Assembly: GCF_009914755.1 (NCBI RefSeq)
Contig: NC_060932.1
Origin: the human T2T-CHM13v2.0 reference genome, Homo sapiens
Reading direction: 5' to 3' (one strand)
DNA: 64,000 bases
The position numbers and the translations under genes are program-made. The notes beneath the pieces were generated by a model, which saw only the letters and a list, made by a program, of their open reading frames with translations, did no database searches and was not told the origin of the DNA. The stretch's first letter is position 1; each line of letters opens with the position of its first letter. Below are positions 42,227 to 58,403 of this stretch, piece by piece.

Positions 42227-43378
42227 AAAGGGCAGGAGTCATAACATGCCAGCCCATCCTGGAAAGGAGAGCCAGGGATCCACTTCACTGACAGGACTAG
42301 ACAGAAACATATTATGTTTAAGTAGGCCACTTAAAGTCGGTCTTAATAGCCAGCATGTCAAGCCTGCAGGATCAGAGAGACAGCAAAATTGGCACATTTT
42401 AGAAGACACCTCAGTATTTAATCTTAAAGGCTGCATGGACACAGCTAGAGAGAAGCTAAAATTACCTTACAAATTGGAAGACTCCATAAGACAGTGGATG
42501 TGGAAGTTGTTATAGTTATCAGCATTCAATCAGTTAAATATGCATCATTGTTACCCTTTAGAAATATTTTTAAATGGCTAAATTGACATGGGCCAGCATA
42601 TAAAAGGATGTAACTCCAGATTCTAGAAGCACGTTCTTCTTCCTCCTCATCATTCTCTCTGCCACCATCTTAGCTTGAGCTCTTAGCACCTCACGTCTAG
42701 CCCTTAATTGCTACCAGGTTGTTTCTCATTCTTTAGTCCTGTCTCCTAGCTAGACTGTAGGCTACTTAAGGAAATGATCATGTCTCCTTCAATAATCCCC
42801 TCCAACCACAAGTTATTCTTATTCGAAATGTGAGTCTATACGGACTTATTTCTGTATACCTCCTCTGAAGCCACAAGAATTTTGGATCAACATGCACGAA
42901 TCATTTCAAGTTGCCACCGTCTTCTCTCTAGTGAGATTTAGGGTCCTCTGGATTATTTGCTTCTACCCTCTTCTGCCTCTCTAGACTATTAGTTATGTTC
43001 TCTCCAGTTCTTATGGAGATGTATTGTCATTTTCCTGAAGCTGTGAATATTACCATGTGGCGCAAGTAATGGTGCTAGGTGTTGGAAAGACGTGCTGCCA
43101 TGGAACAGATAGACATGGATTCTGCATTCTGGTTATTTTCTACTCACACAGTCTGTACAGTACTAGGAAAAAAGGTAATTGAACAATAGTACACTTAAGC
43201 TGTGGCATCTTCTGGGATTGTTTGAAGGCACTACCAGTGACGTGTCATGATATTGCCCAATGGAGGACCTATTTTTTGATCTGACACTATGCAGTAGGTA
43301 ATATTCCTTACTAAAGAAGACTCCATAGGACTTTCTTATACAGAATGCTTTTCAAAATAGAAAAATGCACTCACATAA

Positions 43379-43753
<375 letters not shown>

Positions 43754-44893
43754 AGAAATGCAATATCTTAAAAACAGGCAGCTAGCAATTGTTACAGTAT
43801 ATTGAAGGGAGGTAAGACCTTAGAAAATAACTTCTAAAACTTTGGGTTTTAAAAATTTTCATTTGAACAAGTGGATATATAGAGCATATTTTAAAAAGAC
43901 CTTAATACATATCTTAAATATGATTCACTACAATTTTGTAAAATTACTAACTCTTTCTAATTCATTAGGTGTCCATTTAAAGTAATTTATTCCAGGAGTC
44001 CCTCCCTTGCAGTTGAATAGTTGTTTTTTAAACATAATTTAGAGTAATTCCATAATTAATTATCTATTTCCACCAATAAATTCTGGGCTTTCAATGAGCA
44101 GTGACCTTTCTCGATTAAATGTGTACTGCCAGTTCCCACCACAGTGCCTCACACATGAAAAGTCTCCTAAAAATATTTGTGGAATGAATGAAGGGGTAAG
44201 TAAATGGAGGTAAAAAGGGGTTATCAAACAATAATAACCACCACGAGCCCAGTTATTACATACACAATTTCTTTAAAAAGATAAAACACCTGAAAGAAAT
44301 GAAATCAGCATGTAGGGCTATTCAAGCTTGTCTGATGATAAATAATTCACTAGGAGCACAAGCATTCATTCATTCTTTTTCATTCATTTCTTCATTTATT
44401 ACCGTCCTCCTTCATATTCATCAAAGCCAGATTTTTCATCTCCTGTTTGTCCTCTGGAACCTTCCTTGGGGACTCTTCCTAGGTTTGGCCCTGGCAGAGA
44501 GACAGTATTTCTAGAACTCACTCTCTTTCTTATCTTTTGCTCTGAAGTGTCTGATATTAAACAGCCCAGCTTGTTCATTCATAACAGGCTGAAATGTTTG
44601 AACTTTATTCTGCCAGCAATAGCAGTCACAAAAGATGTATGAGCCAAAAAGTGACTTTGCGAAGCAGGGTTCAGGAAGATGCGATTGGAATTGCTTTTTC
44701 TCTGAAGGTCTGGTGTTGAACAGCCATAGTTTTTTAGAGGAAGGCCATGAACTGAATGTTAAAGGGTGAGGAGCAATACAATGTCTGTACTTGGTTCCAA
44801 GTGGGTGTCACTGGTATGAGTTCAGTGAAGGGGAGATGATGTGAGATGGCAGCTCAGGGACCCTCAGTGATGAAGGAAGACATAAGTTATCTT

Positions 44894-45197
<304 letters not shown>

Positions 45198-45387
45198 TTA
45201 CCTTTGAAGGCTAGAAGGATTAGATAAGTAAGAATGCATATGACTTGTTTACAGAAAAACATAGACAACAGCTTGGTTGTAGCAGTGGTTCTCAATCTCA
45301 ACTTCAGAATTACTTTAGGAGCTCAGTAAAATGAAAATTCATGTGATCTGTCAAATGCCCTCCAGCCAAAGCCCACCAGGGACATAT

Positions 45388-45870
45388 CTGTAGTTGAAGG
45401 ATTAATTACAAAGAGAAAAATTACACACCATGGGTAACCCATGGAGTGTCTCCATAAAAAGGTGTTAAAAAGGATTTGGAATTGTACTAGGTGAACTTGA
45501 GGAGGGTCCAAGGAAACAGGCTTTTCCTCTGGATTAGGTGCTGTCACGAAACAGAGGCGCTTCTATGATTATCTTAATAATTTTTATCTAGAAGGTGGGA
45601 CAAACCAAAGAATGCTGAAACTGTAGTTGGTAAAGAAGCAACAGGCAGTCATACTCACCAGGATGGGGGATATTTGTCTGTTCTTCTGGTTTGCACAATG
45701 TTCTTGTTTTTGTCTGTGTTTCTTCTTGATTACAGATTGGTCATCATGATCACCAAAGAGCCTTGTCTAATGTTGGCATTCTGTGAAATTACTTGTGTTC
45801 AACAGAAGTACATCATGGCCTCACTGCGAAGCCCAGCCAGCTCCTGGATGTCAGAGACTGCTTTCCAATT
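45388..45870. mobile_element. Old ERVL-type LTR (LTR41-like) within a MER5-like element
   Basis: Recalled LTR41-like motifs. The flanks carry MER5-like CAGTGGTTCTCAA and ATCTGTATCTCTAATAAG. Confidence 0.4.
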
Positions 45871-46661
45871 TCTCAGATGTAGCGCAAGATAGTGATTCAC
45901 TGGCAGACAAGAAATCTGTATCTCTAATAAGATACCTATGTGATTCTGATTGAAGGAATCTAAGACCATGCTTTAATAACTATTCCTATGGTAAGAAGTA
46001 GGGCTGAAAATGGAGGAGCAGATTGTAAAGATCCTTAAAACACAGACTAATAGGTTTGAACATAATTCTGCCAGCAATAACAACAATTAATGGCATATGA
46101 GCAAAGAAGAACCTTCCCAAGTAGGGTTCAGAAAGAGTTTCCTGCTAGTAACAAATAGAAAGGTTAGGTACTGTCTAAGAATGGGGGCGAGCCTGGGGAC
46201 AAGGAGGGAGAATAGAAGCAGATAAACCACCAGCTAGGAAACTCCTGCAAGGGACCAGCCCTGACAAGACAAGGAGTTAGATTAAAACATTGCCAGTGGG
46301 CATGGAAAGAAAGTATTGAATGTGAAAGACATTAAGTAAGAATCTGAAATCCATTCAAGGGCAGGGATTTGCGTTGATAAATTCTTAGCTCCCAGCCCTG
46401 TGCTTGGGGACAAAATGAGCATCCAATAAATATTTAAGAGCTAAATCAATTAACCAACTAATTGGATTATGTAACTGAGATGATGTGGGGGAAGAGGAAG
46501 AAGGAAAAATCAGGAGTGATTTAGGGAGAGTTAGGAAGGGAAAATTATTTCAGAAAAAGGAGCATCCACTTTAGTCAAGTTTAATCTCTGTAATGGTGAA
46601 ATATTCTAGCCAGAAGTTACTGATGTGGGTTTGGAATTTGAATTTAAGAGAGAGGTTAAGG

Positions 46662-46932
<271 letters not shown>

Positions 46933-48213
46933 GAGAGAGAGAGAGAGGCTAAGGTAGGGGTTGCAGGATGAATAAGTGGGTAGATTGAAGTCATTGGAGC
47001 ACGTGGAATTTTCAAGAGTGGGTAGGTGAAGAAAGAATGGAAGACAGGGTCAGCCTCCCACTGATTTGCCATGGCAGTTCTTGTTTTCTACTTTAGAAGA
47101 TGAGTTGACATCAGGGGAAATAAATTATGACTATTTCAGGAATACAACGTACATCTTCTGAGAATGGTTTCTGGAGTCATCAGACAGGGTTTCCAAGACA
47201 CCTCTGTCCCACTCAAGCTGTGACTTTTCCTGTGTTTAACCTAAGTTGAAATTTTCTCATCTGTAAAAAGCTGGTGATAAATGTAAAGCAAGCTCTTAAA
47301 GATAGGCCCAGAAATAAAATTAAAAAATACAAACCTCGCATGGCAATGTCTGAGTGATGACACGCAGTAAGTATGGTGAAGCTTCAGTTAGCTGATGAGG
47401 ATATATTAGTTTTCTCAAAACATCATCTCTTAAGTAGGAATGGCCATCCACAGTGACTTTAACCTTCCATATCATAGGACAACAACTACCAATTTAGGCT
47501 TATCCAGTTGTTGCCGAATGAGTGGCATTCCCAGAGCACTTTCAGAAACTGAGTATGTAGAAAATAAGAGGAAACACTCTTATCTTGACCAGACAATGCT
47601 ATATCCAACCATGAATAGGATTGTTATATAAAAGTAAATGTATTTGAGATAGCTCTTGCCTGGCCCAATCAGTTTTGTAAAAACGTATTTTCAGATAGCT
47701 CACTTAAAGCATCTGCCTTTCTCATTGAAATCTAACCAAAAGGTGGCGGTATTCTATACAAATGCTAACTAGTCCCTTAACTGTTACCTGTGTTTTGTAA
47801 AACAAATGTCACAACAGCATACATTGAGAATTAAATTGCTAAAGAACCACTCCCCTGTCCCCACAAAAAAAAAAGAGTTACCAGGCTTCATTGAGAAAAA
47901 TTGAGATTTGCAAGAAAAGATTAAAATGCAATGCAGAACACCACCCAGCCCAGTGTGTTAGAGTACTTGTGTACCCACCAAGATTCCTATGATACACTAG
48001 ATGTCAGAGACACAGGGGGTGCCACATCATTTCCATGCTTAATACATACACAGCCATCTTCTTGCTTATCACACTATCCATCTGAACAGTCTAAAATTTA
48101 TTAGGGCTTCTTTTTCTTTAGACAAATCTTTATTCCCCAGCCTTCTTCCCAGGGTGGCCTTCCAGTTTATCACAACAGTCTGTGTAATCTGTGGGGAAAA
48201 AGCACTGCCCTGT

Positions 48214-48668
<455 letters not shown>

Positions 48669-48714
48669 TTAATTCCAGCTGCATCCTAATCAGAAAAATG
48701 TAAGAAACAAATAT

Positions 48715-48900
48715 TAACTGAGCATCTATCATGCACTAAGATATATGTAATCTTGCTTAAGTGGTAAAGGAGACCCAATAGGGTAAATATTCTTAGTCCC
48801 ATCTGATAGATAAGGAAAACTGAGGCTCAGAGAAAGTAAATAACCTATCCAAGCCCATGGACTGGCAACTAGGATATAAACATTTAAACCAACTTTGAAG
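48715..48900 (-). mobile_element. MIR
   Basis: GATAAGGAAAACTGAGGCTCAGAGAAAGTAAATAACCTATCCAAG core. Confidence 0.75.
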
Positions 48901-51069
48901 TTCTCAGTTCTTTCAATTATATAAACTTCTGTGACTACATACTATTTATATTTCTTGATTGTTTGATATTATAATGGGAGGGGGGAGCTACTACAATTTA
49001 CGAACATTTTTCAGGGTGTCGGGATATTTTTGTAGTTCACAGCATGAGTTAGATGTGAAGTATAAAGATCTGGAAGTATGTCTTCTAGTGAGTATATTTT
49101 AGTAAGACTGAATAAAGTAGCTATATTGTGACATTGTTCAGTTTTATACTCAAAGCTTAATGTGAGAGAAAAACACGGAATTACAACATATGATCAGTAT
49201 CCATACCTTATTTTTATGCATTATCCTACATTTTTTTCCCCAAGGGTCTGCATTTTCCACTACTGTTTAAGGGTTTTAGATTCCCTAGCATTATGTTTTT
49301 CCAGCCCAAATCTTTGACAGTCTCAGTCAAAATTCAATTGATGTCGTGGGTTGATTTTTTTCCCTAACTTTTTATTGAAACAGTCTATTGCTCTGGACTA
49401 TTTTAAGGCTGTTACCATTTCCTGCTGGGTGGGACATTTTTTGGCTATGCTGTTTGCTTAAACTATGAAGCCATTTCAAGTAGACGTGTTTTATCATCCT
49501 TTTTTCCTCTTTAGAGGAACCTCCCTGTAATTTAAGGTTGTTAATAACCTCACCAAAATGACATTTTCTAATATTGATTTATTTTTCTCATTGGAAACAT
49601 GGAATGAAGAACAGTGATTTTTCAGCAGTAACTGTAATTCTAACCTATTTAAAAACTACAATGAATTGTTGACTGTTTACTCTCTCAATGAAATGATGTC
49701 ATTTATTATTATTTATTTGTTTCTGAAATGATATTATTAAAGGGAGTTCTTTTAAACATAAATATAAATAAAGCTAATAATTTTGAAAACAGTGCCTTAA
49801 AATACAGCTTATCTATTTTGAGAGTTGAAAACCAAAACATATGTCCTGAGGTTGCTTTTGGAGAGCAAAAGGCATTGGCATTAAAGCACTTCCACAAGTA
49901 TTTAGGGCCTGCATATTATTATTTTCCCCATTGTTATTAGTAAGACACTTTATCCACACAAAAAACATTGTGGCATGTTTTCTCATTTACATGTCATCAT
50001 ATAATCAAATCTAGTGACATGCTCTTTGGGGACTTACTAATGAAACAGAATAAAAATGACAACAACTGCTTTAGGCCAACAAATGCAGTGAATCATTAAA
50101 GGTGGAGGAAAGAATGGACATCTTTTCCCTTTCACAGATGTAAACTTGAATGCTGTTTTACAAGTTATTTCAATATTTTCTGCTCCACTGAGAGATTTTT
50201 CTATTTTGAAATTCCCTTGCAAGGGTATCCTGACGTATTAATACATTACCGTTAGCTGCATTCCAGCATGATGCTAACAAAAGCCAATTAAACCTTCTTC
50301 CATCATACTCTTGCTCCAGCCACTGTCCTAATGTAATCCTTTGTTCTAGACCCCATTGGCTTAAAGAGTGTGGGAGGATCAGGGACCCTGGGAAAACAAC
50401 TCACAAAGCGTGTTATACTGATGAGAGCAAGCACTGCCCTCTCACACCATGCAACATATTCCGTATTTCCCAAAATTATAGGGAAAGTTCTAGAAAGTAC
50501 TGGACTGGTAGTCAGGAAACTGAGATTCTAGTTCTAACTCCATTTCCAACTTATTAGGCAATCCTTGGCCTCCCTTAGTCTTAATTTCCCAATGAATAAA
50601 ATGAAAGAATTTTAGGCTAGTCTCTAAGACACCTTCTAGATGTAAGGGTTTAACAAGGCTGACAAGATCTGTATTTAATGACATAATCCAATTGGAATAA
50701 CTACAAATTTTCTAGGTAAAACACTGAGCACTAGCAAGGGGACTGCACTCATCTGCTGAGTGATGTTTTGAAGCTCTCTAAACCATATGACCCTTTCCAA
50801 ATATCAGAGCATCATACAATGTATTTTGTCCTATGAGCACGCATGCCATGAGAATGAATAAAATTCCCAGTTACAAAACTGCTTAGAGCTCTTTGGAAAT
50901 CATCTTCAGTAAACATACAATGTATAGCTAGCTAACTACTAGAATGCTTAAATATGTATTCTAACAAAACATGCTAAGAGAGCTACCAGTCTGAAAGAAG
51001 AAAAAAAAATAAGTGAAAAACAATTTTATTTTCTTTTAGAGAAGCCCCAAATGTTTATCTCATCTATTT

Positions 51070-52435
51070 TTAAATTAATTTTTTAAAGGACTTTGTTTTA
51101 TCTATTTCTTATTTTTAAAGAGTCTTTTACACAGCAGTTGTAGGTTCACAACAAAATGCAGAGGAAGATACAGATATCTCCTATACAAATTCCCCCACTT
51201 CCCTGCCTCCACTTGAGCACCACATCCCACATTATCATCATCCCACACCAGACTGGCACATTTGTCACAATTGATGAACATACATTGACACACCACAATC
51301 ACCCAAAGTCCCAGGATTCATTCTCGTTGTTGTACATTCTATGGAAAAATGTATAATGATATGTATCCATCGTTACAGTATTCCACAGAGTATCTTCACT
51401 GCTCTAAAAATACCCTGTGCTCCACCTAGTCATCCCTCTCTCCTCTTCCAAACTCTGGCACCACTGATCTTTTTACTGTCTTCATAGTTTTGCCTTTTCC
51501 AAAAGGTCATGTAGTTGGAATCATACAGTATGCAACCTTTTCAGCTTGGCTTCTTTCACTTAGTAACATGCGTTTAGGTTTCCTTCAGTCTTTTCATGGT
51601 TTGATACTTCATTTCTTTTTAGTGCTGAATACTATTCTGTTGTCTGGATGTACCATAGATTACTGATTACTTATCTAATCACCTACTGAAGGACATCTTG
51701 GTTGCTTCCATGTTTTGGCAATTATGAATAAATCTGTTATAAATATCTGCATAAGGATTCTTGTGTGGGCATAACTTTTCAACTCCTTTGGATAAATATG
51801 AAGGATTGTGATTATTAGATCATATGGTAAAGTTTGTTTAGTAAGAAACCATCAAATTTTCTTCCAAAGTGGCTCCACCATTTTGCATTCCTACCAGCAA
51901 TGAATGAGAATTCCTGTTCCTCCACTCGCCAGTATTTGGTGTCATTGGTATTCTGGATTTTGGCCATATAAGGGATGTGTAGCGTTACCTCATTTTTAAG
52001 TTTCCATTTCCCTAATGACATGTAATGTGGAGCATCTTTTCATATGCTTATTTGCTATCTATATGGCTTCTCTGATGATGTGTCTGTTAAGGTCTTTGGT
52101 CCATTTTAAAATCAGGTTGTTTCTTTTCTTAATGTTGAATTTCAAGATTTCTTTGTGTATTTTGGGTAACAGTCCTTTATCAGATATGTCTTTTACAAAT
52201 ATTTTCTTCCATTCAGTGGCTTGTCTTCTTATGTTCTTGACATTGTCTTCCACAGAGCAGAAGTTTTGAATTTTACTGAAGTCTGTCTTATCAATTATTT
52301 ATTTCATGGATTGTGCCTTAGGTGTTGTATTTAAAAACTCATTGCCATACCCCAGGTCATCTAAGTTTTCTCCGATTTTGTTTTCTAGGAGTTTTGTAGT
52401 TTTACATTTTACATGTCTGTCTGTTATCCTCTGTC
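51070..52435 (-). mobile_element. Old L1 (L1MC/L1MB-like) 3' fragment
   Basis: Continuous L1 3'UTR and ORF2-end motifs. Confidence 0.85.
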
Positions 52436-52789
52436 ATCTATTTTGAAGATTAAGAATAGGAAATATCGCCTAATATTCAATAAATTTAACAACTAGGAAG
52501 GAGAAGCAGAGATTAGAGAGGAAACAAAAGATGAAAATGGGGAAAAAGAAAAATGAGGCAGATAAAGACATCCCCAAAGCTAAAGAAAGAGGCAGAGAAG
52601 CCACAAACACATTGACAAGGGAAACATCAGAAAGACCCTCTACAGAAGTTGATAAGTGGAAAGGCAAAGGCAGACTGGTACTCCACAAATGGAACACGAG
52701 TCGTTCTAAGAGAAAGGTTTTCATGGAGAAACAGCTTGGTCAATGGCCTTAAATGAAACAGATAGGTTTCATGAACATACTAGCTAGTT

Positions 52790-52891
52790 CTGTTTGTTTG
52801 TTTTTTCTTCTTTTTCTCTTCTAGTTGATTCGGCAGGTGAGTTGTTTGACACTCCTTAGCGAATTTCGACTTCCATGGCCACCGTCCTGCT
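52790..52891 (-). pseudogene. Retrotransposed internal 28S rRNA fragment (GTPase-associated centre, H43/H44) with A-rich tail
   Basis: The reverse complement of 52821-52891 is AGCAGGACGGTGGCCATGGAAGTCGAAATTCGCTAAGGAGTGTCAAACAACTCACCTGCCGAATCAACTAG, about 67/71 identical to 28S rRNA as recalled. A-rich tail 52790-52820. TSD CATACTAGCTAGTT at 52776-52789 and 52892-52905. Confidence 0.92.
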
Positions 52892-55800
52892 CATACTAGC
52901 TAGTTTTAAGCAATGACAGTCATATGGAAATGATAACTTCTTGGTACTTACTTCTGGGCCAACTGAAGAGGAACTGAAGACAGAATCAGAGAATCCCCGA
53001 TGTTATGTCAGTTAGCAAAGATTAGCTTCTTTAACGGGTATCCTTGTTATTGTAAAATGACAAGAACTAACTAGAAGTTTATATATCCCTCCTCTAGAAA
53101 GAGTGAGAAAAACCCAGGACAACAAACAATGTTTACAAAGTATTTTGTTCTCCGTGGAAAAAATAAATAATTTAAAATTTTTTATGGAAGTAATTTATTT
53201 ATGACTTTAACATAATATACAACTGTCAACATCAATCTCTTTTATATTATTAACTTAAAATAGAATTTTTAAATATTTAGGTATTGTTCATTTTTTAGCT
53301 GTTATAGATGACAGCATAACCGTTACTTTTTAAAAAATATCTTTATCAGTTGGAGATGTAGATATTTATGAGTGAAATTACATGATTTACTTTGATAAAA
53401 TCTGGCAAAAAATTTGTGCGGGGTATATAGATAAAACAAGTGCCAAAATATTGATAACTGATAAATTGGGAGGTGGGTATATAAAGGCTCATTTCATTAT
53501 TCTCTTTAATATTGTGTACGTTTGAAAATTTTCCGTAACAAAAAGTAAAATTATTTTTCCTTTAACTGCATCAATTACATATAAAATATTTCACTGTGTT
53601 TAGAAGTAGCTCAAATGAATGCAGAATCTCAGTTTCACAGTATCATGAAAGAATCTTAGGTAATTTTTGTTACAGAAGTTTCTTTGGTTCCTACTTTTTT
53701 TGCGGTGATTTCTACGACTTTATTTTTCATCATTTAAGTTTTATTTTCAGAACAACTCAACTGTGTTTTTATAAATTTCCACTTCAGAAACACAGGAAAT
53801 CCTAAGAGATGGATGAGAACCAGGTACTTAGTGTACAGTTTTTCATTGTGTTTTATTTAACCTAACTACCAAATTCTAAAAGCAGAAGTGGAAGTGTCTT
53901 TATGCCCTGGTTAAAGATGTCTCAATTGTTCCATGAGAAACCTGGAGAAAGAGCTGTATTTGGAAGCCTTGCTTTGGCTATCACCTGAGACTGGTATCCT
54001 AGAAGTGCAGTGCTAAGTCTCCTGGAGAAGAATGCTTGCCTCTTACTCACACACTGCTTTATTTGCAAGCTGAAGTCTCAGAGGAGACTGCCTGTCTACC
54101 CAGCTGCAGAATGTGTATGCAATGATTGCATCTGTTGACATGGAAACTGAAATATAACCGATAAACTACACACCCCAAACAGATTAAAATTGACTTGGGA
54201 AAACTATGTAGGGTTATTACAAAATTTATGATAAAACATCTTTTTGCTGCACCTCCCTCTATTTAAAATGATAGCCTATGAAGTAAAATTCTCATAGAAA
54301 TCATTCTCCCTAACAGAGTTTGGTGGTAGTAGCCAGATTATTGCTGAATAAATCCTTAAAGTGGTATAAAATAGCTGCACATTACAGCAGATGGATGAAT
54401 GATATAAAAACATATATGCTAAACATATATGTATAAGGCTACTGACATATTTATGAAAAATTATAAGTCCACATAATCTAGGCTCAAACATGTTTGAACA
54501 TGATAAAAATACAACTGATTTGTTTTAACATGATTTACTGTTTCAAAGACATGTATCTACTGTCTTGTTTAATTATATCAACCTAAACATAACAATAGCT
54601 ATTACTTATTCAGCACTTACTATTTGTGGGAAACTATGTTAAGCTTATTTTATTTAATTCTTGCTATAATTCAATAACTGGAGCCTTTTATTTTTACCCC
54701 CACTATAGATGAGAACTGATCTCAAAGAAGTAAAATATCCTGGTCTATAATAGTATGGGTTGTGAACCTTGGTCTGAGTAGCTTTAAACTTTAGTTGTAT
54801 AAACCTGACTTTATTGACTCTCATTTTTACTGTGATGAAAAAAGCTTATTATAACACTGGCAGCCTATAATGGTGGTATTAGAAGAGCTTCCAATGACAT
54901 GTTTATATAAAGAGTCTCTACTATACCCAGCTTAAATTTAGCTTGCGTGCTTCTATTTTTGACATATCATATTGTACGTTCTTAGAGGATAGGAACTGAA
55001 ACTATCATACTTCACAAAGATGTATGAGTGGTGCTTGATTAACACTCATAATGATTAAAAGTCACACAGCTATAGACAAGTAATAATCAACACTTTTGTA
55101 GAAAATTAGTTGTTTAAAGTGGAGACACATTTTTATTTTTCTTGCTGCAATGTGCATATCATGTCTAGGGAGCTAGAACTGGTCATTCAGGGAAACTAAA
55201 AAATTATGATTGATAATTCTCTCAATGGTATGCACTTAGTAAAGCCTTTTTTGTTTTGTTTAGCTTTTGGCCAAGGACCAGGATTAAGGTCATTTGATAG
55301 CAACAATACGTTTTTAAAATTTTTTTCTAGGAAAAAATTTAAATGGCAGTGTATACTAAGGAAGAAGAGCAAACTGGGATTATACTTGAACACTTTTGAA
55401 TGTTCATTGTTTATTGAATTTGTTATGCATTCGAGATTTTAAAAACAACCTCCCATATTATAAAGAGCAAGAGGACAGCTGATGAAGGACATGTCCTACA
55501 CAAATTCTGAACAGTTTATTTTGTCTTCTTTCAAGTCAGAGGACTGCAGGATCTTTCTTCCCACTTGTTGCTTTGAAGATTTATAGGAAGGGGGAGGTTA
55601 TTTTGCAGACAGCTGAAATAAAGTTCCAATGTTCTAAATTCCATCTTTGGAAATGAATTGTAGCTTCTAAAACAGGTAGTTCTAATGGTCCATGTATAGC
55701 TACATGGAATGTGAAATGGCCTAGGAATTATAATAACTGAATCTTTGGTTAGTCTCTCTTCTACCATTACCTGGCTATGGATCTCAGACATTTCTGTGCC

Positions 55801-56061
55801 ACTGTCTTCTCCACTGTCAGATCTCAGTAGGGGGTGCCAAATAATCTTTGTATTCCTTTCAGCTCCAATTAGACTCAAACCTTGTGGTACAATGTTTCTG
55901 GCTGACCCAACCCTATCCACAATTTCTTTCTTCCTAGACATCTTCCAGTATTGGCCCAGGAGTAACCATGTGTCTAGTTCTGATCAACGAGCTGTTACTG
56001 GCTGGGACTCCAGGAAAACTTTTAGGATAGACTGGACTGGAATGTTCCTTTTGGTCTTTTT

Positions 56062-56371
56062 GTTTTATTTTGTTTGTTTGTTTCTCTGAGACAGGGTCTT
56101 GCTCTGTCATCTAGGCTGGAGTGCAGTGGTGCAATCGCACAGCTCCCTGCAGCCTCTACCTCCCAGGCCCATGTGATCCTCCCACCACAGCCTCTCGAGT
56201 AGCTGGGACTACAAGCATGTGCCACCATAACTGGCTAATTTTTTTGTATTTTTTGTAGAGACGAGATCCCACCATGTTGACCAGGCTGGTCTCGAACTCC
56301 CAAGCCCAAGCAATCCTCCAGCCTTGGCCTCCAAAAATGCTGGGATTACACAGACGGCCACTGTGCCCAGC
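56062..56371 (-). mobile_element. AluJ within an old MLT1 LTR (~55970-56660)
   Basis: Reverse Alu with TSD CCTTTTGGTCTTTT. Confidence 0.9.
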
Positions 56372-58075
56372 CCCTTTTGGTCTTTTGAACCTGTCTCCTT
56401 CTTGCCTTCAACAAATGCAGTGCCTAGAGGTACAGCAGGTAACTAGTAACCATAAAATGACAGGCTAAATACTTAGGACAGCAGAGGCAGGAAGGTGAGA
56501 AGAATGTGTGTCCCTAATGCTTCCTTGAGAAGCTGCACCAACATTGGCCTGCCTATATCTGGATTTCTTGTTATATGAGAAAAATAAAGCCATAGTTTCA
56601 GCCACTGTGGTAGGGTTTACCATTATTTGCAGCAGAACGTAGGCCTAACTGATATGTCTAACACAACACATAAAAGTAACATGCTGTAAATTGAAGAATG
56701 GTTCTTATGGGGGCTACAAAGGTTAAAACCATGACTGCTTTCTCCAGGAGCTTGTAATTAATAGAAGGCAAAAGACAAGCACTGAAACAGCCACAATACA
56801 AGACAATACATTAAGAAGAGGCACAGTACTAACATTTTAAGCAGGATGTAGTCATATTTGCTTTCAGGGAGAGGTGTGGAAAAATCAAGAAAAGAGCCTT
56901 AAAAATATACATTTTAGTATTCTTAGAAGTTTATGCTGCTTCCTAATAATGACATCATTTCTCATTAAATTATTGATATAGAACTAATAATTAGATAAAG
57001 GGCTTTAATGCTGACCTAGAGATTATGCTGATCTCATCAGGATGTCACATTGTCTTGGCTTGACCTTCAAACTAAAATTGTAGCAAATTTAAAAAATATA
57101 TATATTTTTAAAATTAGAATTTCATATTTTTGAAATGAAATAGATGATGGTAACCCCATTTCCTTCTGCTTGATCAGCTGCTGGCTTATGCAGCTACTCC
57201 TTGTGCCCTGGTAATTTGCTGTTTGGTACAAATATGTACTAAACTCTGTGCCCGTCCTTCCTTTGTTTTATACACTTGCCTCCACCGCTCCCAATGCAAC
57301 CCTTACCCTAACTATTCGAGTCTTTCCTCAGATGGTATAATCTGATAACTGATTCAACATAGATGAGTTAGTAAATGAAAATGGCTTAGTATGGTACCAG
57401 CTCTCCCTCAGTATATATAGTTTTATAACATCTAACCAAATGAAGATAAACCCTGATCTCAAATGGGTTAAAGGAAGCTTTAAAAAATATCAATGTGTGT
57501 GCCCGCTCATCTAACCCGGTTTGAATTCAACTGGTCTCCCGTGTGATGCAGGCGTGGGTAGGTTTATTCGTTTTGAAGAGAAACCAGGGCATAGGCATGG
57601 GTAGGTTTAAAAGCATTCCAGGTATTGCTAATCTACAGTCAAGGTTAAAAACCAGTGGTCCAATCTACATTCAACATGTGTCCACCAGATGCCTGACATT
57701 GCTAGTTACTCTAAAAAGCTACCCTGGGCCTTGAGGGACTAGATGCCTAAAACAGGAATTATTTTGCCCTTGAACTAAAAAGGGAGTTTATTGAAAGAAT
57801 ACTGGATTTTCCCAAGAAAAACACAAGCAACAGTGTTTCTATAGGGTCTATACCCAGTATCAGGAAAGCTGACAGGAACCGACAGCAGCACACTCTCAAG
57901 TACTCTCTCTCTCTCTGTTTATTCTTTGTTTTTGCCCTCACATATCTGGTCCATCCTGCTCTTTCAGCAGCCCAGCTTTCTGCCTCTGTAGCTATAAAGG
58001 ACAGTACTATGGCTACCCAAGGTCACTGCACACATTATACATTTGGGCCCAGAATCTGAAGCTGCACCTACCTAG

Positions 58076-58403
<328 letters not shown>

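Noticed and set aside
52821-52891. Functional rRNA gene or microbial/fungal contamination
   Set aside because: Only 71 nt, with tail, TSD and L1 endonuclease site in primate flanks, so a retrocopy.
57676-57698. CTCF-like motif TGTCCACCAGATGCCTG (similar partial matches near 27118-27135, 33001-33017, 34988-35002)
   Set aside because: Each mismatches the high-information GGC 3' core; cannot be supported without ChIP or PWM scoring.
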